From a virus: 49,491 bases of DNA. The stretch lies in the IMG/VR virus record IMGVR_UViG_3300005323_000007; one strand, written 5' to 3'. The notes under the pieces are model-generated. The model searched no databases. It saw only the letters and a program-made list of their open reading frames with translations, and was not told the origin of the DNA. The position numbers were made by a program, and so were the translations under genes. Of this stretch, positions 8,462-15,605 are shown one piece after another; position 1 is the first letter of the stretch, and the number at the start of each line of letters is the position of its first letter.

Positions 8462-9910
8462 TTAATAATCCATGATCCGTAGGCCAGATTTGACATCCGC
8501 GTTCTTCTTCGTGGATTCCTCGATGACGTTGAACGGCGAATCCTGATCCGCCATGCCAGCACGGATGTTCTTCATGATGTTGTCATCCGCAAGTGCCGTA
8601 ATAGCCTGATTCAGTTTCTCACCGGACAAGTCCCGCGTAACCTTTTCCGCATACTCAAACGCGGGATTGGTTACATCCTTGTCGCCGACTTTCGCGCTTT
8701 CCGCGCCGAACGCCTTCACGAGCGCGTTTTTGCGCAGCACCGTCGCGTTCTGCTTCATCGCATCGGCGAGTTCCTGCACGACCGCAAGTGTATTCTCGAC
8801 GCCGACAATTTTCTCGATGGCGTTGAGTTTCGTGAGCGCGGCGACATCAGCGTCAGTCTTGAGTTGTGACTCAAGCCCCATCGCCTTCGCTATTTCAGGG
8901 AGCGTAATGAGCGCGTTCTGCTTCATCGCAGGGAGCGCGCCGAGTATCGCTTCCTTCGTTACAATGGTTTCGTCTCCATCCATAGTATTTCCCTTTTTCT
9001 TTTTCTTGGAATCGATCTCTTTTATGAGATCGCTTGCCGTGTTGGAAACATCTTCAAGGCCTTGCGCACTTGCCCGCGACGCTACCGCACGCAGGCCGGA
9101 ACGATAGACCATTTCGTTTTTCACAACAGGATACTTCCACCGAGCTTTCGTATCTTCGGTGGCGCTTTGATCTTCGACCATATGAACTTTTGCGTATGCT
9201 TTCCAGTCGTCTCCATTGGTTCCGAGCAGTTTGTTTTCGTCAGAGCTGGTGAATGACCAGGGAGAGGAATTGTCAATCTTCCCGGCGGCAATGAGAGACC
9301 GTACATAGGATACGCACGTCTTATTCAAAATCTGCCCTTCGGCATTTGTCTTCATGTCCATAGCCCCCGTCCCATAATCGACGGCATCGTTTCGTTCGCC
9401 TCCCATGGATTCCACGCAATACCACTGATGCGTACCATCGGGAAGCGTTTGCATCTCATCGCGGGTGGCCGATACGATTGAAAAATCGACCATATTGGCC
9501 TTGCATTCCTTGATGAACATGGTATTGTCGGTATTAGCACCTTTAGGAGGAACATATATTTTAAGCCAAACGGTTCCAGTTCCGTCACCATTCTTGTCAA
9601 CTCGACCGCCGACATTTATAAAATCAGTTGGGCCACGGGCGCCCCATCGTGTTTCATGTCCGTCTTTCGAGCCTGGGATAGGAGCGCGATTGAGTTTATT
9701 GATATAGGAATCCCAGAATGACTCGATATAGGTATAGCCGTTCGCATAAGTGGGATATTCTATTTTTTCTATTTTATAGTAAGGATTTGAATCTCCAGCC
9801 TGAAATTCGGTGAGAACGTTCGATGGGACAAGTGTTGGGATAGTCGCGGGGTCTATGGTAAGTACGGAGTCATCCGAGCGCCGAAGATTGAACTTCCTCT
9901 GAGTAGGCAT
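8462..9910 (-). CDS. Prohead protease fused to a scaffold-like helical C-terminal region
   Basis: The N-terminal half (...PGSKDGHETRWG...VDFSIVSATRDE) resembles a prohead serine protease. The C-terminal 200 aa are Ala/Lys/Glu-rich and helical. It occupies the position of lambda C/Nu3. Confidence 0.5.
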   Translation of the reverse strand: MPTQRKFNLRRSDDSVLTIDPATIPTLVPSNVLTEFQAGDSNPYYKIEKIEYPTYANGYTYIESFWDSYINKLNRAPIPGSKDGHETRWGARGPTDFINVGGRVDKNGDGTGTVWLKIYVPPKGANTDNTMFIKECKANMVDFSIVSATRDEMQTLPDGTHQWYCVESMGGERNDAVDYGTGAMDMKTNAEGQILNKTCVSYVRSLIAAGKIDNSSPWSFTSSDENKLLGTNGDDWKAYAKVHMVEDQSATEDTKARWKYPVVKNEMVYRSGLRAVASRASAQGLEDVSNTASDLIKEIDSKKKKKGNTMDGDETIVTKEAILGALPAMKQNALITLPEIAKAMGLESQLKTDADVAALTKLNAIEKIVGVENTLAVVQELADAMKQNATVLRKNALVKAFGAESAKVGDKDVTNPAFEYAEKVTRDLSGEKLNQAITALADDNIMKNIRAGMADQDSPFNVIEESTKKNADVKSGLRIMDY

Positions 9911-9965
9911 ATTTTGACATATACTACTGTGATTTTAGAAAATCAAGTGGACTATGTATTATTTT

Positions 9966-10604
9966 TTATAACATCAGTTTCCCTTGTCGCGCTTCGATTT
10001 CCTTGTCGTCAAAGAGCTTGGGCTGGGCATAGGCAAGCCGTATTCTTTCGCAGGCTATGTCAAAATATTTCGGCTCAATTTCTATGCCTATAAACTTGCG
10101 GCCGAGATTTGCACAGGCGACACCGGTCGTGCCGGAACCCATAAAGGGGTCGAGAATAGTTTGAGCGTCGGGAATGAAAAAGAGACACCATTGCATAACT
10201 TTTAATGGTTTTTGAGTTGGATGACCGATTCTCTCTGCGTTGGTAGAGGCAATAGTACAATCTATCAATCTCGAATTCATGTCTATATTAGTCCACGCCA
10301 ATTCGACATCTGCTATAGATGGGGCGCTATCTCTTTTATACCAGACTAACCAACCACGAGATACAGGAAGACTAAAATAATTTCCACCCCATATTATTAT
10401 TTTATTCCCAAACGATAATATTTTTGTAATATCAGGTCTTTTTTTATCCCATTGCAAATCAGATTTATGTCCCCATTTGCCGCCACAAGCAAATATCCCA
10501 TATGGCGGGTCTGTAACAACCGCATCTACCTTCCCAAGCGTCGACAGGATTTCCATGCAATCCCCGCAATATAACGTCGCATCGCCTATGTGCTCTATCT
10601 GCAT
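9966..10604 (-). CDS. DNA methyltransferase, beta-class amino-MTase (N6-adenine or N4-cytosine)
   Basis: DPPY motif near the N-terminus, HPTQKP, and C-terminal FMGSGTTGVA. Start trimmed to MQIEHIGD (ATG 10604) by comparison with the paralog at 33866..34585. Confidence 0.85.
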   Translation of the reverse strand: MQIEHIGDATLYCGDCMEILSTLGKVDAVVTDPPYGIFACGGKWGHKSDLQWDKKRPDITKILSFGNKIIIWGGNYFSLPVSRGWLVWYKRDSAPSIADVELAWTNIDMNSRLIDCTIASTNAERIGHPTQKPLKVMQWCLFFIPDAQTILDPFMGSGTTGVACANLGRKFIGIEIEPKYFDIACERIRLAYAQPKLFDDKEIEARQGKLML

Positions 10605-10605
10605 C

Positions 10606-10851
10606 TCAACCTCGATAAACTCCAAGTCTGTGAACACAAGGCCCTTTCAGCAAAGGTTCTCCCATATGAACTGATCTGAACGATTGCGAAACGAACGAAA
10701 TTTCATGTCCTTGCCATGGTTTTCCATGTTTCAGATGATAGTAAAACAGGACATATCCATTTTTATTATGCACACCATATGCTTCTGCTGCCTTGAGTAT
10801 CGAGTCATACCGTGTGCCGTCAACCATGACGGGGACTGATTTTCTGCTCAT
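10606..10851 (-). CDS. Small DNA-binding-like protein (NUMOD/IENR-type helix motif)
   Basis: The segment VMVDGTRYDSILKAAEAYGV resembles DNA-binding modules of homing endonucleases. No nuclease domain is present. Confidence 0.35.
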   Translation of the reverse strand: MSRKSVPVMVDGTRYDSILKAAEAYGVHNKNGYVLFYYHLKHGKPWQGHEISFVSQSFRSVHMGEPLLKGPCVHRLGVYRG

Positions 10852-10852
10852 A

Positions 10853-10924
10853 CTAGGGCGGCTGGATTCGAACCAGCGATAACCAGAACCAAAATCTGGC
10901 GGCTTACCACTTGCCTACACCCTA
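10853..10924 (-). tRNA. tRNA-Gln (anticodon UUG)
   Basis: Hand-folded 72-nt cloverleaf. Acceptor UAGGGUG/CGCCCUA with U1-A72 and G73; 3-bp D stem with loop AAGUGGUAA; anticodon stem CCAGA/UCUGG with loop UUUUGGU; T arm GCUGG-UUCGAAU-CCAGC. No CCA is encoded. Confidence 0.85.
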
Positions 10925-11030
10925 AAATGGCCAGAGAAACCCGACCGCCCAGTTTTGCGCGCTACCACTCAACGTCTTGCGGGCCAAACCGGCCCACAGG
11001 TTTAGCATCCTGTGCTGGCCTCCGGTTCGC
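10925..11030 (-). ncRNA. Unassigned structured 106-nt spacer between the two tRNAs
   Basis: Minus-strand hairpins CACAGG-AUGCUAAA-CCUGUG and GGGCC-GGUUU-GGCCC. There are also long-range complementarities, GGCCAG...CUGGCC and CGAACCGG...CCGGUUUG. It will not fold as a canonical cloverleaf. Confidence 0.4.
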
Positions 11031-11102
11031 TGGAGTTAATGGGATTTGAACCCATAACCTTTGGCTTGCAATGCCAACGCTCTACCATTGCGCTATAACC
11101 CC
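11031..11102 (-). tRNA. tRNA-Ala (anticodon UGC)
   Basis: Hand-folded 72-nt cloverleaf. Acceptor GGGGUUA/UAACUCC with the G3:U70 Ala identity pair and A73; anticodon stem UUGGC/GCCAA with loop AUUGCAA; T arm AUGGG-UUCAAAU-CCCAU. Confidence 0.85.
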
Positions 11103-11339
11103 TTAACTATTCTTTTCAATCACAATACTTCTCGCCACGCCCGGGGACATCGAAATATATCCCTTCTTACAGAGTGCTCTTAAATGACAATATGCTCCCT
11201 TCCTCGACATCTTGAAGTGATCTCCCACATCCTGAGATGACGGTGAATATCCTTTCTCCATGATGTATGATTTTAGATACACAAATATGTCATTCTGAAT
11301 CGGTGTCAATGGTCTCATGTTCCTTCCTTTCAGGCTCAT
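11103..11339 (-). CDS. LexA N-terminal (winged-helix DNA-binding) domain-only protein
   Basis: LTPIQNDIFVYLKSYIMEKGYSPSSQDVGDHF..AYCHLRALCKKGYISMSPGVARSI matches the pattern of the LexA DNA-binding domain. There is no S24 peptidase domain. Met8 (11318) has the better RBS. Confidence 0.6.
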   Translation of the reverse strand: MSLKGRNMRPLTPIQNDIFVYLKSYIMEKGYSPSSQDVGDHFKMSRKGAYCHLRALCKKGYISMSPGVARSIVIEKNS

Positions 11340-11417
11340 TTTCTATGGCGTTTAATAAAATATCGAGCATTTTCTCCTCTTTTACAATGATTTCACGCAA
11401 TATATCGACATTTTCGT

Positions 11418-11726
11418 TCATACAGACCGCTCCATTATCTTCCTTGAAATATGGTACGTTTTACCACGAATCCGCATTTCTCCGTTGTGTTTCATGGCTT
11501 TCGCAAGATACCATAATGTGCTTATCCCAAGCTTATCGCACAATTCGCTTGCGGTGAATGGCCCATTTAATATTCCGTCTTTTCCAGTATAATAATATTC
11601 AGCGCACAGATGCGATATTCCTGTCGTTCCACCTCTATCGCAAGTCAATCTGTTCCAGAGTGGCCCCGGATTATTTTTGTCGCACGGTGCGATAGGCGGT
11701 TCCATACGTGTCGCGTCATATATCAT
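11418..11726 (-). CDS. Hypothetical protein with a probable HTH
   Basis: Start trimmed to MIYDATR (ATG 11726), preceded by GGAAGGGGAAGAG. The C-terminal segment FTASELCDKLGISTLWYLAKAM looks like an HTH. Confidence 0.4.
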   Translation of the reverse strand: MIYDATRMEPPIAPCDKNNPGPLWNRLTCDRGGTTGISHLCAEYYYTGKDGILNGPFTASELCDKLGISTLWYLAKAMKHNGEMRIRGKTYHISRKIMERSV

Positions 11727-11771
11727 CACTCTTCCCCTTCCACTCCATACTACACACATACTACGCAGTTG

Positions 11772-13172
11772 TCAAGTACTTGTTGTACCATTTACGTCAT
11801 CCGCCGCGCTGCCGTCCGGTGGCGTCTCCTCTTTCGTCGCGGGCTGCATATCAGTCATGAACTCCTCGAATGTCGCTTCCGTCGCTTCGGGATAATTCGT
11901 TTTCCACAAATTCCATATCTGTTTCTTGGTCATCAGTTCTTTCCCGGCCACGACCGCCAGCCCCGATGCGAAATTCTTGAATATTTCCGATTTCACCTTT
12001 TCGCTTATGCCGTCCAGTCTATTCCATCCCATCTCGAACGCGCCTCTCGTACCCGTACCGCTTATGCCCAGCAGTTCGAGCGACGCCCTGAACAGTCGTT
12101 CGTAGGACGGCGTGATCTGCGTCCGCTTTATATCGACGAACCGTATCATGCTCTGTCGCTGGTCATCGACGCTCGCTTCGTTACCCGACGCCTGAAGTCC
12201 CCAGAATATCTCCGGCACGGTACCGCACTCGACGATCTTCCAATAGGTCGTCTTCATGGCCGCTTCATACGCATCCGTCGCGTTCTTCGCCGTCTCAAAC
12301 TTCGTATCTTCCAAATCCTTGATATTGACCACGAAGTCTATGCTCCATGGGTCTATTTCTCCGATGTCGTTATATCCGTTATTATCGAGCCACTTGCCGA
12401 GATCATTCACTTCCTGGATCATCTTAGGCTTGAACTTCGTGAGTATCTCCGAACGAGCCAGGTCGATATCGTGATAGTTTTTCAAATCCGGCAGCATCCG
12501 TTCATAGTCGCTTATGCCGCGCTGGTTGTCCGGTTCGGCCATATTCGCAAACGATATCGGCAATATGCCGAGCACGTTCCGTATCGTCTTGTCCATGAGC
12601 GACGCCGCAAGCTCTCCAGCGCTCTCCCATTTTACCTCGATCTGCTGTGCCGTGAATTTCCGCTTCCTTCTTGCGAACGTCATCTGTGTATCACTCGTCG
12701 CTATCTTGAACTCTTCATCCGTATATATCGCCACCACTTCTTGTGTATCTGGAGATTTCACAATCGCGGTGATCGTGTCGTCCGGTATGAACTCCCATAT
12801 GAGCCGGCCACCCTTCCGGTCATACTTCGGCCATATCCATACGGTGCCATCCCGTGGCACCATGATATGGAGCGCGGTCATTCGTCGTGCCATGCTCTTT
12901 ACGATCGCGTCCAGCGTCTCCTGCGTCTTCTTATTATCCGCCTTCGGCGTCGGCAGTCCCATGAACATGACTGGGTGCGCGATCGGCGCATACGCGAGTG
13001 CCCCCGCAAGCTTCAGTCCCGCATAGGTATTATGGTACAACCCTTTCGTCAGTTCCGAGTTGCAGGTCATCTCCTCCGATATGTCATGCGGACTCGGCTG
13101 TCGCCTCGGCTGTTTCGTCACCGCATGCACTTCCTTATGCCCGCCAAACCACGAAAACACACCTCTTGCCAT
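11772..13172 (-). CDS. Portal protein
   Basis: 466-aa ORF immediately downstream of the large terminase. Size and position are typical of a portal. The long antisense ORF 11610..13280 is treated as a shadow. Confidence 0.7.
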   Translation of the reverse strand: MARGVFSWFGGHKEVHAVTKQPRRQPSPHDISEEMTCNSELTKGLYHNTYAGLKLAGALAYAPIAHPVMFMGLPTPKADNKKTQETLDAIVKSMARRMTALHIMVPRDGTVWIWPKYDRKGGRLIWEFIPDDTITAIVKSPDTQEVVAIYTDEEFKIATSDTQMTFARRKRKFTAQQIEVKWESAGELAASLMDKTIRNVLGILPISFANMAEPDNQRGISDYERMLPDLKNYHDIDLARSEILTKFKPKMIQEVNDLGKWLDNNGYNDIGEIDPWSIDFVVNIKDLEDTKFETAKNATDAYEAAMKTTYWKIVECGTVPEIFWGLQASGNEASVDDQRQSMIRFVDIKRTQITPSYERLFRASLELLGISGTGTRGAFEMGWNRLDGISEKVKSEIFKNFASGLAVVAGKELMTKKQIWNLWKTNYPEATEATFEEFMTDMQPATKEETPPDGSAADDVNGTTST

Positions 13173-13190
13173 ATATGGCCTCCATATCCA

Positions 13191-14750
13191 TCATCCGCGT
13201 ATTTGTCCGTTCGCCACCCGTCTCGCCCGCATCGCGTCCCGCTGCGCCTGGTCGAACACTCTTCCCGATCCCATGAGTAACGCGTACCCGTCGCTCATAT
13301 TATCTACTTGGTCATCATGCTGTTTCCCCGTCCCGTCGAACCGCAGAAGCTCATCTATCCATGCGTCGTTCCACGCTCCCCGTTTGGCGTGCACGTGCCC
13401 AGGTGCGCTGAATATCGGTTCGAGCGGCGTCGCCCTCGCACCCTTGTCGCCATGCTCCTGAACCGGCATCCATGCCAATGACGGAAGCGCGCTCATGAGG
13501 TACATGTACGCATCCTTAGAATCCAGCGAACTCGCTACCGCCTGCCGGACATACGGCCCGTCGATCATCGCCGTCGTCTGTATCATCGCGTCCCGCTTAA
13601 GCGCGCCCTCCCGCGTCCGCTGCACGTCATCGATATACATGTGCGGCACGGGGTCGCCCGCTCTACGTTCGAACGCGATTTTCGTTCCACTTGTCCAGTC
13701 GGGATCGTCGCCCGCGCGCTGTTTCGCCGTATGCGCCAGATCCCACATCCTCGCCCACTGCATCCCTCGGATATCCGGCGTCACCTCATAGTAATCGATC
13801 GTCGAGATATCGAACCGGCCGCCTGTTCTCGGAAGCGGGTTGCAATCCATAAGCGCGGACGCTGAATACTTACCCAACGTCGCGTACTGCTCCTCGTACC
13901 ATCGCTTGCCGAGTCGCTCCTCAAACAAATACTCGCCTTTATACTGCTCGTCATCCGGATGTTGCTCTTTCCAGTCACTCGCCCTCGCGGGGAACGACAG
14001 TATCTCGAACTGCGGGAAGTTCGGGTCATCCTTCATCGCGGCGCGTATACGCCCGTTGATATCGTCCACGTGCCATTGCGTCGCAAGCACGATCGTGATC
14101 GACACCGGAGCCCGGCGCGTCATGAAATCATTGGTGAACGCTCCCCACGTTGCGTTGCGGTATGCGAGCGATTCCGCATCCGCACGACCAGCGCAGTAAT
14201 CGTCAAGGATTCCGAGATGGTATCCTTTTGAGTTGAGCCCTGCGGTCAACCCAGACGCCCTGAACCATCCGCCGGTCTTGCGCCGGTTGTTATCGACGAG
14301 CGCCCACGCGCTTTTGCTGTCCGATGACGGGGATATGTGCACATTAGGATACATTCTAGAGTAGTAGTCCGATTTTACCAAGTTACGGGCGTCATCGCTG
14401 AAGCCCTCGGCAACGTCTTTGTTGTAGGATGCGAGGATAACTTCCTTGCTCGGAAACTCGCCCAAGAAGTGCGGCCCAAGAAACCGTGAGACGATATCGG
14501 ATTTGCCGGAACGATGATGTACTGCGATAAGGAGGAAGGTTGATTGCCCCGCGCGGAACTTGTCGAACGCGAGATCGATCGCGTCGCAGATGCGACGCGT
14601 GTGAAAACCCTCGATGAAAGGTTCGTCGGTTTTGAGCCAGCAGCGTTTGATAAACTCAAGGTGCATCGCTCGCGCGTTGGACATGCGGAGTTTGGAGATC
14701 AGACGCTCGCCGTCATCGAGGTGCTCAGCGCACTCTGTATCCATTTGCAT
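13191..14750 (-). CDS. terL: Terminase large subunit
   Basis: 519 aa with a Walker A-like HHRSGKSD, a Walker B-like HLGILDD, and a C-terminal nuclease-like region. It lies upstream of the portal gene. Confidence 0.85.
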   Translation of the reverse strand: MQMDTECAEHLDDGERLISKLRMSNARAMHLEFIKRCWLKTDEPFIEGFHTRRICDAIDLAFDKFRAGQSTFLLIAVHHRSGKSDIVSRFLGPHFLGEFPSKEVILASYNKDVAEGFSDDARNLVKSDYYSRMYPNVHISPSSDSKSAWALVDNNRRKTGGWFRASGLTAGLNSKGYHLGILDDYCAGRADAESLAYRNATWGAFTNDFMTRRAPVSITIVLATQWHVDDINGRIRAAMKDDPNFPQFEILSFPARASDWKEQHPDDEQYKGEYLFEERLGKRWYEEQYATLGKYSASALMDCNPLPRTGGRFDISTIDYYEVTPDIRGMQWARMWDLAHTAKQRAGDDPDWTSGTKIAFERRAGDPVPHMYIDDVQRTREGALKRDAMIQTTAMIDGPYVRQAVASSLDSKDAYMYLMSALPSLAWMPVQEHGDKGARATPLEPIFSAPGHVHAKRGAWNDAWIDELLRFDGTGKQHDDQVDNMSDGYALLMGSGRVFDQAQRDAMRARRVANGQIRG

Positions 14751-14757
14751 ACGTCAG

Positions 14758-14770
14758 ATATACCGCATGA
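14758..14770. repeat. 13-nt direct repeat ATATACCGCATGA, copy 1
   Basis: Identical to 14879..14891. The two copies flank the terminator hairpin in the terL leader. Confidence 0.7.
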
Positions 14771-14778
14771 GCGCAGAT

Positions 14779-14815
14779 AAAAAAAGCCCCTCCGGGGAGC
14801 CTGGACCGGAGGGGC
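14779..14815 (-). terminator. Strong intrinsic terminator 29 nt upstream of the terL start, same orientation
   Basis: The minus strand reads GCCCCUCCGG-(10 nt)-CCGGAGGGGC followed by UUUUUUU, a 10-bp GC stem. Confidence 0.75.
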
Positions 14816-14878
14816 GCGCCTCATGCCCGAAGCGCTATGCGAAAAGGAGGTACCGAGCGTCGCAGCTCGATACCTCAT

Positions 14879-14891
14879 ATATACCGCATGA
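14879..14891. repeat. 13-nt direct repeat ATATACCGCATGA, copy 2
   Basis: Identical to 14758..14770, 121 nt away. Confidence 0.7.
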
Positions 14892-15019
14892 CAAGCACGG
14901 CGTCAAGCGAGATCGCCCAGAACCTCGGCCGCCACTGATCCCACACGATCGCCGATACGCATGACTACGAGGAGAAATCCTCCTGTATTATTTTTCATAC
15001 ATGCTAAACCATAACCATG

Positions 15020-15037
15020 TGTATAATAAATTATACA
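15020..15037. promoter_or_regulatory. Palindrome TGTAT-N8-ATACA (copy 1) containing back-to-back TATAAT boxes
   Basis: Reads tgtataataaattataca. It contains TATAAT on both strands and lies just downstream of the 15067 stop, at the head of the terL leader. Confidence 0.45.
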
Positions 15038-15045
15038 TCTTAAAC

Positions 15046-15063
15046 TGTATGATAAATAATACA
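15046..15063. promoter_or_regulatory. Palindrome TGTAT-N8-ATACA (copy 2)
   Basis: Reads tgtatgataaataataca, 26 nt centre-to-centre from copy 1. Confidence 0.45.
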
Positions 15064-15066
15064 TAC

Positions 15067-15291
15067 TCAATCAAAAGGAATAAACCCGCGTGGCAGTGAA
15101 GATTTATCTCCTCCCATTTTTGCAGGGGGGGGGCGAACAGCTCCGATAATGGTATATTTTTTGGCGACATCCTCAATGGTTAGACAGGCAACATCTCCTG
15201 GCAACCAACTGTTGCCTAGATCATCCATCCACATGACTCCCCACCCGCGGCCATCTAGGGCCTGTACATAATAATATCCGCTTTTCATCAT
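15067..15291 (-). CDS. Hypothetical protein
   Basis: ORF trimmed to MMKSGYYY, preceded by GGAGG (15299..15295). Confidence 0.45.
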   Translation of the reverse strand: MMKSGYYYVQALDGRGWGVMWMDDLGNSWLPGDVACLTIEDVAKKYTIIGAVRPPPAKMGGDKSSLPRGFIPFD

Positions 15292-15300
15292 AAACCTCCA

Positions 15301-15318
15301 TGTATCTAAAATCATACA
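15301..15318. promoter_or_regulatory. Palindrome TGTAT-N8-ATACA (copy 3)
   Basis: Reads (a)tgtatctaaaatcataca(t), immediately upstream of the RBS of 15067..15291. Confidence 0.45.
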
Positions 15319-15605
15319 TACTTAACTACATCCGCCATGTATATACACCATCTATCATCCATACTACACAAGTGCCCACTATGTATCTAGGCGATAATAT
15401 AGATACCACCACTACATATAGTGGCGTTGCAATATCCCGCAACGTTAGACGATACCGGACAAACATTATAACTCTATATAATATATGTAATTAAACACGA
15501 CGCGATTATATTGGATTTAAGGTACCACAATTTTCGTGCCATGCGTTTATATGGACACGTGCCCGCAAACGCAATGGCGGGCGTTTATGACGCTATCAAT
15601 ATATG

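Noticed and set aside
10925-11030. A third canonical tRNA (possibly a CUA suppressor) between tRNA-Ala and tRNA-Gln
   Set aside because: I tried acceptor, D, anticodon and T-arm assignments on both strands. There is no T arm adjacent to a 7-bp acceptor stem. The CUA-containing loop has 8 nt and sits too close to the 5' end. The element is kept only as an unassigned structured RNA.
11340-11417. 26-aa upstream ORF (ATG 11370, strong GAGGAG RBS) overlapping the start of the LexA-domain gene
   Set aside because: It is too short and has no features that would support a call. It may simply reflect the RBS region or a leader peptide. It is noted but not annotated.
11610-13280. 556-aa plus-strand ORF, the longest plus ORF in the late arm
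   Set aside because: It lies entirely antisense to the portal gene and part of terL. The translation is Arg/His/Leu-rich low-complexity sequence with no motifs, and there is no RBS. It is a typical shadow ORF of a GC-richer coding region.
15040-15066. Canonical LexA/SOS box (CTGT-N8-ACAG)
   Set aside because: CTGTATGATAAATAATACAT has SOS-like half-sites, but it ends in ACAT and the arms are spaced 4 nt wider than the consensus. It is reported only as part of the TGTAT-N8-ATACA family.
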